From positions 59,476 to 123,475 of the forward strand of contig JAUCBJ010006599.1 in NCBI GenBank assembly GCA_032718475.1: a DNA stretch of 64,000 nt, in the 5' to 3' direction. A model generated the notes under the pieces. It made no database searches, was not told the DNA's origin, and worked only from the letters and a program-made list of their open reading frames with translations. Positions 24,101-38,340 of this stretch are shown here, one piece after another (the first letter of the stretch is position 1; the number at the start of each line of letters is the position of its first letter). Made by a program: the position numbers and the translations under genes. The stretch comes from Nemertoderma westbladi. Its lineage: Eukaryota > Animalia > Xenacoelomorpha.

Positions 24101-27100
24101 TCCCTGCTCGGTGGGTTTTACTAACCTATCCTATTGCAACTCTTCCTGTTCGGTGGGTTTTACTAACCTATCGTATTGCAACTCTCCCTGCTCGGTGGGT
24201 TTTACTAACCTATCCTATTGCAACTCTCCCTGCTCGGTGGGTTTTACTAACCTATCCTATTGCAACTCTCCCTGCTCGGTGGGTTTTACTAACCTATCCT
24301 ACTGTAACTCTCCCTGCTCGGTGGGTTTTAATAACCTATAGTATTGCAATTCTTACTGCTCGGTGGGTTTTACTAACCTATCCTATTGCAACTCTCCCTG
24401 CTCGGTGGGTTTTACTAACCTATCGTATTGCAACTCTTCCTGCTCGGTGGGTTTTACTAACCTATCCTACTGTAACTCTCCCTGCTCGGTGGGTTTTACT
24501 AACCTATAGTATTGCAACTCTTCCTGCTCGGTAGGTTTTACTAACCTATAGTATTGCAACTCTTCCTGCTCGGTGGGTTTTACTAACCTATCGTATTGCA
24601 ACTCTCCCTGCTCGGTGGGTTTTACTAACCTATAGTATTGCAACTCTCCCTGCTCGGTGGGTTTTACTAACCTATCCTATTGCAACTCTCCCTGCTCGGT
24701 GGGTTTTACTAACCTATCCTATTGCAACTCTCCCTGCTCGGTGGGTATTACTAACCTATAGTATTGCAACTATCCCTGCTCGGTGGGTTTTACTAACCTA
24801 TCCTATTGTAACTCGCCCTGCTCGTTGGGTTTTACTAACCTATCCTATTGCAACTCTCCCTGCTCTGTGGGTTTTACTAACCTGTCGTATTGCAACTCTC
24901 CCTGCTCGGTGGGTTTTACTAACCTATCCTATTGCAAATCTCCCTGCTCGGTGGGTTTTACTAACCTATCCTATTGCAACTCTCCCTGCTCGGTGGGTTT
25001 TACTAACCTATCGTATAGCAACTCTCCCTGCTCGGTGGGTTTTACTAACCTATCGTATTGCAATTCTCCCTGCTCGGTGGGTTTTACTAACCTATATAGT
25101 ATTGCAACTCTTCCTGCTCGGTGTGTTTTACTAACCTATCCTATTGTAACTCTCCCTGCTCGGTGTGTTTTACTAACCTATCCTATTGTAACTCTCCTTG
25201 CTCGTTGGGTTTTACTAACCTATCCTATTGCAACTCTCCCTGCTCGGTGGGTTTTACTAACCTATCATATTGCAACTTCCCCTGCTTGGTGGGTTTTACT
25301 AACCTATCCTATTGCAGCTCTCCCTGCTCGGTGGGTTTTACTAACCTATCCTATTGCAACTCTCCCCGCTCGGTGGGTTTTACTAACCTATCCTATTGCA
25401 ACTCTCCCTGCTCGGTGGGTTTTACTAACCTATCATATTGCAACTCTCCCCGCTCGGTGGGTTTTACTAACCTATCCTATTGCAACTCTCCCTGCTCGGT
25501 GGGTTTTACTAACCTATCCTATTGCAACTCTCTCCGCTCGGTGGGTTTTACTAACTTATCCTATTGCAACTCTCTCTGCTCGGTGGGTTTTACTAACATA
25601 TCCTATTGCAACTCTCCCTGCTCGGTGGGTTTTACTAACCTATCCTATTGCAACTCTCCCCCTGCTCGGTGGGTTTTACTAACCTATAGTATTGCAACTC
25701 TCCCTGCTCGGTGGGTTTTACTAACCTATAGTATTGCAACTCTCCCTGCGGGTGGGTTTTACTAACCTATAGTATTGCAACTCTCCCTGCTCGGTGGGTT
25801 TTACTAACCTATCCTATTGCAACTATCCCTGCTCGGTGGGTTTTACTAACCTATCCTATTGTAACTCTCCCTGCTCGGTGGGTTTTACTAACCTATCCTA
25901 TTGCAACTCTTCCTGTTCGGTGGGTTTTACTAACCTATCGTATTGCAACTCTCCCTGCTCGGTGGGTTTTACTAACCTATCCTATTGCAACTCTTCCTGT
26001 TCGGTGGGTTTTACTAACCTATCGTATTGCAACTCTTCCTGTTCGGTGGGTTTTACTAACCTATAGTATTGCAACTCTCCCTGCTCGGTGGGTTTTACTA
26101 ACGTATCCTATTGCAACTCTCTCTGCTCGGTGGGTTTTACTAACCTATAGTATTGCAACTCTTCCTGCTCGGTGGGTTTTACTAACCTATCCTATTGCAA
26201 CTCTCCCTGCTCGGTGGGTTTTACTAACCTATCCTATTGTAACTCTCCCTGCTCGGTGGGTTTTACTAACCTATCCTATTGTAACTCTCCCTGCTCGGTG
26301 TGTTTTACTAACCTATCCTATTGTAACTCTCCTTGCTCGTTGGGTTTTACTAACCTATCCTATTGCAACTCTCCCTGCTCGGTGGGTTTTACTAACCTAT
26401 CATATTGCAACTTCCCCTGCTCGGTGGGTTTTACTAACCTATCCTATTGCAGCTCTCCCTGCTCGGTGGGTTTTACTAACCTATCCTATTGCAACTCTCC
26501 CCGCTCGGTGGGTTTTACTAACCTATCCTATTGCAACTCTCCCTGCTCGGTGGGTTTTACTAACCTATCATATTGCAACTCTCCCCGCTCGGTGTGTTTT
26601 ACTAACCTATCCTATTGCAACTCTCCCTGCTCGGTGGGTTTTACTAACCTATCCTATTGCAACTCTCTCCGCTCGGTGGGTTTTACTAACTTATCCTATT
26701 GCAACTCTTCCTGCTCGGTGGGTTTTACTAACTTATCCTATTGCAACTCTCTCCGCTCGGTGGGTTTTACTAACCTATCCTATTGCAACTCTCCCTGCTC
26801 GGTGGGTTTTACTAACCTATCCTATTGTAACTCTCCCTGCTCGGTGGGTTTTACTAACCTATCCTATTGCAACTCTTCCTGTTCGGTGGGTTTTACTAAC
26901 CTATCGTATTGCAACTCTCCCTGCTCGGTGGGTTTTACTAACCTATCCTATTGTAACTCTCCCCCTGCTCGGTGGGTTTTACTAACCTATAGTATTGCAA
27001 CTCTCCCTGCTCGGTGGGTTTTACTAACCTATAGTATTGCAACTCTCCCTGCGGGTGGGTTTTACTAACCTATAGTATTGCAACTCTCCCTGCTCGGTGG

Positions 27101-30100
27101 GTTTTACTAACCTATCCTATTGCAACTCTCCCTGCTCGGTGGGTTTTACTAACCTATCCTATTGTAACTCTCCCTGCTCGGTGGGTTTTACTAACCTATC
27201 CTATTGCAACTCTTCCTGTTCGGTGGGTTTTACTAACCTATCGTATTGCAACTCTCCCTGCTCGGTGGGTTTTACTAACCTATCCTATTGCAACTCTCCC
27301 TGCTCGGTGGGTTTTACTAACCTATCCTATTGCAACTCTCCCTGCTCGGTGGGTTTTACTAACCTATCCTACTGTAACTCTCCCTGCTCGGTGGGTTTTA
27401 ATAACCTATAGTATTGCAATTCTTACTGCTCGGTGGGTTTTACTAACCTATCCTATTGCAACTCTCCCTGCTCGGTGGGTTTTACTAACCTATCGTATTG
27501 CAACTCTTCCTGCTCGGTGGGTTTTACTAACCTATCCTACTGTAACTCTCCCTGCTCGGTGGGTTTTACTAACCTATAGTATTGCAACTCTTCCTGCTCG
27601 GTAGGTTTTACTAACCTATCCTATTGCAACTATCCCTGCTCGGTGGGTTTTACTAACCTATCCTATTGTAACTCTCCCTGCTCGGTGGGTTTTACTAACC
27701 TATCCTATTGCAACTCTCCCTGCTCGGTGGGTTTTACTAACCTATCATATTGCAACTCTCCCCGCTCGGTGGGTTTTACTAACCTATCCTATTGCAACTC
27801 TCCCTGCTCGGTGGGTTTTACTAACCTATCCTATTGCAACTCTCTCCGCTCGGTGGGTTTTACTAACTTATCCTATTGCAACTCTCTCTGCTCGGTGGGT
27901 TTTACTAACATATCCTATTGCAACTCTCCCTGCTCGGTGGGTTTTACTAACCTATCCTATTGCAACTCTCCCCCTGCTCGGTGGGTTTTACTAACCTATA
28001 GTATTGCAACTCTCCCTGCTCGGTGGGTTTTACTAACCTATAGTATTGCAACTCTCCCTGCGGGTGGGTTTTACTAACCTATAGTATTGCAACTCTCCCT
28101 GCTCGGTGGGTTTTACTAACCTATCCTATTGCAACTATCCCTGCTCGGTGGGTTTTACTAACCTATCCTATTGTAACTCTCCCTGCTCGGTGGGTTTTAC
28201 TAACCTATCCTATTGCAACTCTTCCTGTTCGGTGGGTTTTACTAACCTATCGTATTGCAACTCTCCCTGCTCGGTGGGTTTTACTAACCTATCCTATTGC
28301 AACTCTTCCTGTTCGGTGGGTTTTACTAACCTATCGTATTGCAACTCTTCCTGTTCGGTGGGTTTTACTAACCTATAGTATTGCAACTCTCCCTGCTCGG
28401 TGGGTTTTACTAACGTATCCTATTGCAACTCTCTCTGCTCGGTGGGTTTTACTAACCTATAGTATTGCAACTCTTCCTGCTCGGTGGGTTTTACTAACCT
28501 ATCCTATTGCAACTCTCCCTGCTCGGTGGGTTTTACTAACCTATCCTATTGTAACTCTCCCTGCTCGGTGGGTTTTACTAACCTATCCTATTGTAACTCT
28601 CCCTGCTCGGTGTGTTTTACTAACCTATCCTATTGTAACTCTCCTTGCTCGTTGGGTTTTACTAACCTATCCTATTGCAACTCTCCCTGCTCGGTGGGTT
28701 TTACTAACCTATCATATTGCAACTTCCCCTGCTCGGTGGGTTTTACTAACCTATCCTATTGCAGCTCTCCCTGCTCGGTGGGTTTTACTAACCTATCCTA
28801 TTGCAACTCTCCCCGCTCGGTGGGTTTTACTAACCTATCCTATTGCAACTCTCCCTGCTCGGTGGGTTTTACTAACCTATCATATTGCAACTCTCCCCGC
28901 TCGGTGTGTTTTACTAACCTATCCTATTGCAACTCTCCCTGCTCGGTGGGTTTTACTAACCTATCCTATTGCAACTCTCTCCGCTCGGTGGGTTTTACTA
29001 ACTTATCCTATTGCAACTCTTCCTGCTCGGTGGGTTTTACTAACTTATCCTATTGCAACTCTCTCCGCTCGGTGGGTTTTACTAACCTATCCTATTGCAA
29101 CTCTCCCTGCTCGGTGGGTTTTACTAACCTATCCTATTGTAACTCTCCCTGCTCGGTGGGTTTTACTAACCTATCCTATTGCAACTCTTCCTGTTCGGTG
29201 GGTTTTACTAACCTATCGTATTGCAACTCTCCCTGCTCGGTGGGTTTTACTAACCTATCCTATTGTAACTCTCCCCCTGCTCGGTGGGTTTTACTAACCT
29301 ATAGTATTGCAACTCTCCCTGCTCGGTGGGTTTTACTAACCTATAGTATTGCAACTCTCCCTGCGGGTGGGTTTTACTAACCTATAGTATTGCAACTCTC
29401 CCTGCTCGGTGGGTTTTACTAACCTATCCTATTGCAACTCTCCCTGCTCGGTGGGTTTTACTAACCTATCCTATTGTAACTCTCCCTGCTCGGTGGGTTT
29501 TACTAACCTATCCTATTGCAACTCTTCCTGTTCGGTGGGTTTTACTAACCTATCGTATTGCAACTCTCCCTGCTCGGTGGGTTTTACTAACCTATCCTAT
29601 TGCAACTCTCCCTGCTCGGTGGGTTTTACTAACCTATCCTATTGCAACTCTCCCTGCTCGGTGGGTTTTACTAACCTATCCTACTGTAACTCTCCCTGCT
29701 CGGTGGGTTTTAATAACCTATAGTATTGCAATTCTTACTGCTCGGTGGGTTTTACTAACCTATCCTATTGCAACTCTCCCTGCTCGGTGGGTTTTACTAA
29801 CCTATCGTATTGCAACTCTTCCTGCTCGGTGGGTTTTACTAACCTATCCTACTGTAACTCTCCCTGCTCGGTGGGTTTTACTAACCTATAGTATTGCAAC
29901 TCTTCCTGCTCGGTAGGTTTTACTAACCTATAGTATTGCAACTCTTCCTGCTCGGTGGGTTTTACTAACCTATCGTATTGCAACTCTCCCTGCTCGGTGG
30001 GTTTTACTAACCTATAGTATTGCAACTCTCCCTGCTCGGTGGGTTTTACTAACCTATCCTATTGCAACTCTCCCTGCTCGGTGGGTTTTACTAACCTATC

Positions 30101-33100
30101 CTATTGCAACTCTCCCTGCTCGGTGGGTATTACTAACCTATAGTATTGCAACTATCCCTGCTCGGTGGGTTTTACTAACCTATCCTATTGTAACTCGCCC
30201 TGCTCGTTGGGTTTTACTAACCTATCCTATTGCAACTCTCCCTGCTCTGTGGGTTTTACTAACCTGTCGTATTGCAACTCTCCCTGCTCGGTGGGTTTTA
30301 CTAACCTATCCTATTGCAAATCTCCCTGCTCGGTGGGTTTTACTAACCTATCCTATTGCAACTCTCCCTGCTCGGTGGGTTTTACTAACCTATCGTATTG
30401 CAACTCTCCCTGCTCGGTGGGTTTTACTAACCTATCGTATTGCAATTCTCCCTGCTCGGTGGGTTTTACTAACCTATATAGTATTGCAACTCTTCCTGCT
30501 CGGTGTGTTTTACTAACCTATCCTATTGTAACTCTCCCTGCTCGGTGTGTTTTACTAACCTATCCTATTGTAACTCTCCTTGCTCGTTGGGTTTTACTAA
30601 CCTATCCTATTGCAACTCTCCCTGCTCGGTGGGTTTTACTAACCTATCATATTGCAACTTCCCCTGCTTGGTGGGTTTTACTAACCTATCCTATTGCAGC
30701 TCTCCCTGCTCGGTGGGTTTTACTAACCTATCCTATTGCAACTCTCCCCGCTCGGTGGGTTTTACTAACCTATCCTATTGCAACTCTCCCTGCTCGGTGG
30801 GTTTTACTAACCTATCATATTGCAACTCTCCCCGCTCGGTGGGTTTTACTAACCTATCCTATTGCAACTCTCCCTGCTCGGTGGGTTTTACTAACCTATC
30901 CTATTGCAACTCTCTCCGCTCGGTGGGTTTTACTAACTTATCCTATTGCAACTCTCTCTGCTCGGTGGGTTTTACTAACATATCCTATTGCAACTCTCCC
31001 TGCTCGGTGGGTTTTACTAACCTATCCTATTGCAACTCTCCCCCTGCTCGGTGGGTTTTACTAACCTATAGTATTGCAACTCTCCCTGCTCGGTGGGTTT
31101 TACTAACCTATAGTATTGCAACTCTCCCTGCGGGTGGGTTTTACTAACCTATAGTATTGCAACTCTCCCTGCTCGGTGGGTTTTACTAACCTATCCTATT
31201 GCAACTATCCCTGCTCGGTGGGTTTTACTAACCTATCCTATTGTAACTCTCCCTGCTCGGTGGGTTTTACTAACCTATCCTATTGCAACTCTTCCTGTTC
31301 GGTGGGTTTTACTAACCTATCGTATTGCAACTCTCCCTGCTCGGTGGGTTTTACTAACCTATCCTATTGCAACTCTTCCTGTTCGGTGGGTTTTACTAAC
31401 CTATCGTATTGCAACTCTTCCTGTTCGGTGGGTTTTACTAACCTATAGTATTGCAACTCTCCCTGCTCGGTGGGTTTTACTAACGTATCCTATTGCAACT
31501 CTCTCTGCTCGGTGGGTTTTACTAACCTATAGTATTGCAACTCTTCCTGCTCGGTGGGTTTTACTAACCTATCCTATTGCAACTCTCCCTGCTCGGTGGG
31601 TTTTACTAACCTATCATATTGCAACTCTCCCCGCTCGGTGGGTTTTTCTAACCTATCCTATTGCAACTCTCCCTGCTCGGTGGGTTTTACTAACCTATCC
31701 TATTGCAACTCTCTCCGCTCGGTGGGTTTTACTAACTTATCCTATTGCAACTCTCTCTGCTCGGTGGGTTTTACTAACATATCCTATTGCAACTCTCCCT
31801 GCTCGGTGGGTTTTACTAACCTATCCTATTGCAACTCTCCCCCTGCTCGGTGGGTTTTACTAACCTATAGTATTGCAACTCTCCCTGCTCGGTGGGTTTT
31901 ACTAACCTATAGTATTGCAACTCTCCCTGCGGGTGGGTTTTACTAACCTATAGTATTGCAACTCTCCCTGCTCGGTGGGTTTTACTAACCTATCCTATTG
32001 CAACTATCCCTGCTCGGTGGGTTTTACTAACCTATCCTATTGTAACTCTCCCTGCTCGGTGGGTTTTACTAACCTATCCTATTGCAACTCTTCCTGTTCG
32101 GTGGGTTTTACTAACCTATCGTATTGCAACTCTCCCTGCTCGGTGGGTTTTACTAACCTATCCTATTGCAACTCTTCCTGTTCGGTGGGTTTTACTAACC
32201 TATCGTATTGCAACTCTTCCTGTTCGGTGGGTTTTACTAACCTATAGTATTGCAACTCTCCCTGCTCGGTGGGTTTTACTAACGTATCCTATTGCAACTC
32301 TCTCTGCTCGGTGGGTTTTACTAACCTATAGTATTGCAACTCTCCTTGCTCGGTGGGTTTTACTAACCTATTGTATTGCAACTCTCCCTGCGGGTGGGTT
32401 TTACTAACCTATAGTATTGCAACTCTTCCTGCTCGGTGGGTTTTACTAACCTATCCTATTGCAACTCTCCCTGCTCGGTGGGTTTTACTAACCTATCCTA
32501 TTGTAACTCTCCCTGCTCGGTGGGTTTTACTAACCTATCCTATTGCAACTCTTCCTGTTCGGTGGGTTTTACTAACCTATCGTATTGCAACTCTCCCTGC
32601 TCGGTGGGTTTTACTAACCTATCCTATTGTAACTCTCCCCCTGCTCGGTGGGTTTTACTAACCTATAGTATTGCAACTCTCCCTGCTCGGTGGGTTTTAC
32701 TAACCTATAGTATTGCAACTCTCCCTGCGGGTGGGTTTTACTAACCTATAGTATTGCAACTCTCCCTGCTCGGTGGGTTTTACTAACCTATCCTATTGCA
32801 ACTCTCCCTGCTCGGTGGGTTTTACTAACCTATCCTATTGTAACTCTCCCTGCTCGGTGGGTTTTACTAACCTATCCTATTGCAACTCTTCCTGTTCGGT
32901 GGGTTTTACTAACCTATCGTATTGCAACTCTCCCTGCTCGGTGGGTTTTACTAACCTATCCTATTGCAACTCTCCCTGCTCGGTGGGTTTTACTAACCTA
33001 TCCTATTGCAACTCTCCCTGCTCGGTGGGTTTTACTAACCTATCCTACTGTAACTCTCCCTGCTCGGTGGGTTTTAATAACCTATAGTATTGCAATTCTT

Positions 33101-36100
33101 ACTGCTCGGTGGGTTTTACTAACCTATCCTATTGCAACTCTCCCTGCTCGGTGGGTTTTACTAACCTATAGTATTGCAACTCTCCCTGCTCGGTGGGTTT
33201 TACTAACCTATCCTATTGCAACTCTCCCTGCTCGGTGGGTTTTACTAACCTATCCTATTGCAACTCTCCCTGCTCGGTGGGTATTACTAACCTATAGTAT
33301 TGCAACTATCCCTGCTCGGTGGGTTTTACTAACCTATCCTATTGTAACTCGCCCTGCTCGTTGGGTTTTACTAACCTATCCTATTGCAACTCTCCCTGCT
33401 CTGTGGGTTTTACTAACCTGTCGTATTGCAACTCTCCCTGCTCGGTGGGTTTTACTAACCTATCCTATTGCAAATCTCCCTGCTCGGTGGGTTTTACTAA
33501 CCTATCCTATTGCAACTCTCCCTGCTCGGTGGGTTTTACTAACCTATCGTATTGCAACTCTCCCTGCTCGGTGGGTTTTACTAACCTATCGTATTGCAAT
33601 TCTCCCTGCTCGGTGGGTTTTACTAACCTATATAGTATTGCAACTCTTCCTGCTAGGTGTGTTTTACTAACCTATCCTATTGTAACTCTCCCTGCTCGGT
33701 GTGTTTTACTAACCTATCCTATTGTAACTCTCCTTGCTCGTTGGGTTTTACTAACCTATCCTATTGCAACTCTCCCTGCTCGGTGGGTTTTACTAACCTA
33801 TCATATTGCAACTTCCCCTGCTCGGTGGGTTTTACTAACCTATCCTATTGCAGCTCTCCCTGCTCGGTGGGTTTTACTAACCTATCCTATTGCAACTCTC
33901 CCCGCTCGGTGGGTTTTACTAACCTATCCTATTGCAACTCTCCCTGCTCGGTGGGTTTTACTAACCTATCATATTGCAACTCTCCCCGCTCGGTGGGTTT
34001 TACTAACCTATCCTATTGCAACTCTCCCTGCTCGGTGGGTTTTACTAACCTATCCTATTGCAACTCTCTCCGCTCGGTGGGTTTTACTAACTTATCCTAT
34101 TGCAACTCTCTCTGCTCGGTGGGTTTTACTAACATATCCTATTGCAACTCTCCCTGCTCGGTGGGTTTTACTAACCTATCCTATTGCAACTCTCCCCCTG
34201 CTCGGTGGGTTTTACTAACCTATAGTATTGCAACTCTCCCTGCTCGGTGGGTTTTACTAACCTATAGTATTGCAACTCTCCCTGCGGGTGGGTTTTACTA
34301 ACCTATAGTATTGCAACTCTCCCTGCTCGGTGGGTTTTACTAACCTATCCTATTGCAACTCTCCCTGCTCGGTGGGTTTTACTAACCTATCCTATTGTAA
34401 CTCTCCCTGCTCGGTGGGTTTTACTAACCTATCCTATTGCAACTCTTCCTGTTCAGTGGGTTTTACTAACCTATCGTATTGCAACTCTCCCTGCTCGGTG
34501 GGTTTTACTAACCTATCCTATTGCAACTCTCCCTGCTCGGTGGGTTTTACTAACCTATCCTATTGCAACTCTCCCTGGTCGGTGGGTTTTACTAACCTAT
34601 CCTACTGTAACTCTCCCTGCTCGGTGGGTTTTAATAACCTATAGTATTGCAATTCTTACTGCTCGGTGGGTTTTACTAACCTATCCTATTGCAACTCTCC
34701 CTGCTCGGTAGGTTTTACTAACCTATCGTATTACAACTCTTCCTGCTCGGTGGGTTTTACTAACCTATCCTACTGTAACTCTCCCTGCTCGGTGGGTTTT
34801 ACTAACCTATAGTATTGCAACTCTTCCTGCTCGGTAGGTTTTACTAACCTATAGTATGCAACTCTTCCTGCTCGGTGGGTTTTACTAACCTATCGTATTG
34901 CAACTCTCCCTGCTCGGTGGGTTTTACTAACCTATAGTATTGCAACTCTCCCTGCTCGGTGGGTTTTACTAACCTATCCTATTGCAACTCTCCCTGCTCG
35001 GTGGGTTTTACTAACCTATCCTATTGCAACTCTCCCTGCTCGGTGGGTATTACTAACCTATAGTATTGCAACTCTCCCTGCTCGGTGGGTTTTACTAACC
35101 TATCCTATTGTAACTCGCCCTGCTCGTTGGGTTTTACTAACCTATCCAATTGCAACTCTCCCTGCTCTGTGGGTTTTACTAACCTATCCTATTGCAAATC
35201 TCCCTGTTCGGTGGGTTTTACTAACCTATCCTATTGCAACTCTCCCTGCTCGGTGGGTTTTACTAACCTATCGTATTGCAACTCTCCCTGCTCGGTGGGT
35301 TTTACTAACCTATCGTATTGCAATTCTCCCTGCTCGGTGGGTTTTACTAACCTATATAGTATTGCAACTCTTCCTGCTCGGTGTGTTTTACTAACCTATC
35401 CTATTGTAACTCTCCCTGCTCGGTGTGTTTTACTAACCTATCCTATTGTAACTCTCCTTGCTCGTTGGGTTTTACTAACCTATCCTATTGCAACTCTCCC
35501 TGCTCGGTGGGTTTTACTAACCTATCATATTGCAACTTCCCCTGCTCGGTGGGTTTTACTAACCTATCCTATTGCAGCTCTCCCTGCTCGGTGGGTTTTA
35601 CTAACCTATCCTATTGCAACTCTCCCCGCTCGGTGGGTTTTACTAACCTATCCTATTGCAACTCTCCCTGCTCGGTGGGTTTTACTAACCTATCATATTG
35701 CAACTCTCCCCGCTCGGTGGGTTTTACTAACCTATCCTATTGCAACTCTCCCTGCTCGGTGGGTTTTACTAACCTACCCTATTGCAACTCTCTCCGCTCG
35801 GTGGGTTTTACTAACTTATCCTATTGCAACTCTCTCTGCTCGGTGGGTTTTACTAACATATCCTATTGTAACTCTCCCTGCTCGGTGGGTATTACTAACC
35901 TATCCTATTGCAACTCTTCCTGTTCGGTGGGATTTACTAACCTATCCTTTTGCAACTCTCCCTGCTCGGTGGGTTTTACTAACGTATAGTATTGCAACTC
36001 TCCCTGCTCAGTGCGTTTTACTACCCTATCCTATTGCAACTCTCCCTGCTCGGTGGGTTTTACTAACCTATCCTATTGCAACTCTCCCTGCTGGGTGGGT

Positions 36101-38340
36101 TTTACTAACGTATCCTATTGCAACTCTCCCTGCTCGGTGGGTTTTACTAACCTATCCTATTGCAACTCTTCCTGTTCGGTGGGTTTTACTAACCTATCGT
36201 ATTGCAACTCTTACTGCTCGGTGGGTTTTACTAACCTATCCTATTGCAACTCTCCCTGCTCGGTGGGTTTTACTAACCTATCCTATTGCAACTCTCCCTG
36301 CTCGGTGGGTTTTACTAACCTATCCTACTGTAACTCTCCCTGCTCGGTGGGTTTTAATAACCTATCCTATTGCAACTCTTCTCGGTGGGTTTTACTAACC
36401 TATCGTATTGCAACTCTCCCTGCTCGGTGGGTTTTACTAACCTATAGTATTGCAACTCTCCCTGCTCGGTGGGTTTTACTAACCTATCCTATTGCAACTC
36501 TCCCTGCTCGGTGGGTTTTACTAACCTATCCTATTGCAACTCTCCCTGCTCGGTGGGTAATACTAACCTATAGTATTGCAGCTCTCCCTGCTCGGTGGGT
36601 TTTACGAACCTATCCTATTGTAACTCGCCCTGCTCGTTGGGTTTTACTAACCTATCCTATTGCAACTCTCCCTGCTCGGTGGGTTTTACTAACCTATCGT
36701 ATTGCAACTCTCCCTGCTCGGTGGGTTTTACTAACCTATCCTATTGCAAATCTCCCTGCTCGGTGGGTTTTACTAACCTATCCTATTGCAACTCTCCCTG
36801 CTCGGTGGGTTTTACTAACCTATCCTATTGTAACTCTCCCTGCTCGTTGGGTTTTACTAACCTATCCTATTGCAACTCTCCCTGCTCGGTGGGTTTTACT
36901 AACCTATCATATTGCAACTTCCCCTGCTCGGTGGGTTTTACTAACCTATCCTATTGCAACTCTCCCTGCTCGTTGGGTTTTACTAACCTATCCTATTGCA
37001 GCTCTCCCTGCTCGGTGGGTTTTACTAACCTATCCTATTGCAACTCTCCTCGCTCGGTGGGTTTTACTAACCTATCCTATTGCAACTCTCCCTGCTCGGT
37101 GGGTTTTACTAACCTATCATATTGCAACTCTCCCCGCTCGGTGGGTTTTACTAACCTATCCTATTGAACTCTCCCTGCTCGGTGGGTTTTACTAACCTAT
37201 TCTATTGTAACTCTCCCCGCTCGGTGGGTTTTACTAACGTATCCTATTGCAACTCTCTCTGCTCGGTGGGTTTTACTAACATATCCTATTGTAACTCTCC
37301 CTGCTCGGTGGGTATTTCTAACCTATCCTATTGCAACTCTTCCTGTTCGGTGGGATTTACTAACCTATCCTTTTGCAACTCTCCCTGCTCGGTGGGTTTT
37401 ACTAACGTATAGTATTGCAACTCTCCCTGCTCAGTGGGTTTTACTAACCTATCCTATTGCAACTCTCCCTGCTCGGTGGGTTTTACTAACCTATCCTATT
37501 GCAACTCTCCCTGCTCGGTGGGTTTTACTAACCTATCCTATTGCAACTCTTCCTGCTGGGTGGGTTTTACTAACCTATCCTATTGCAACTCTCCCTGCTC
37601 GGTGGGTTTTACTAACCTATCCTATTGCAACTCTTCCTGTTCGGTGGGTTTTACTAACCTATCGTATTGCAACTCTTACTGCTCGGTGGGTTTTTCTAAC
37701 CTATCCTATTGCAACTCTCCCTGCTCGGTGGGTTTTACTAACCTATCCTGTTGCAACTCTTCCTGCTCGGTGGGATTTACTAACCTATCCTATTGCAACT
37801 CTTCCTGCTCGGTGGGTTTTACTAACCTATCCTATTGCAACTCTCCCTGCTCGGTGGGTTTTACTAACCTATCGTATTGCAACTCTTCCTGTTCGGTGGG
37901 TTTTACTAACCTATCGTATTGCAACTCTTACTGCTCGGTGGGTTTTACTAACCTATCCTATTGCAACTCTTCCTGCTCGGTGGGTTTTACTAACCTGTAG
38001 TATTGCAACTCTTCCTGCTCGGTGGGTTTTACTAACCTATCCTATTGCAACTCTTCCTGCTCGGTGGGTTTTACTAACCTATCGTATTGCAACTCTCCCT
38101 GCTCGGTGGGTTTTATTAACCTATCGTATTGCAACTCTCCCTGCTCGGTGGGTTTTACTACCCTATCGTATTGCAACTCTCCCTGCTCCGTGGGTTTTAC
38201 TAACCTATATAGTATTGCAACTCTTCCTGCTCGGTGTGTTTTACTAACCTATCCTATTGTAACTCTCCCTGCTCGGTGTGTTTTACTAACCTATCCTATT
38301 GTAACTCTCCCTGCTCGTTGGGTTTTACTAACCTATCCTA

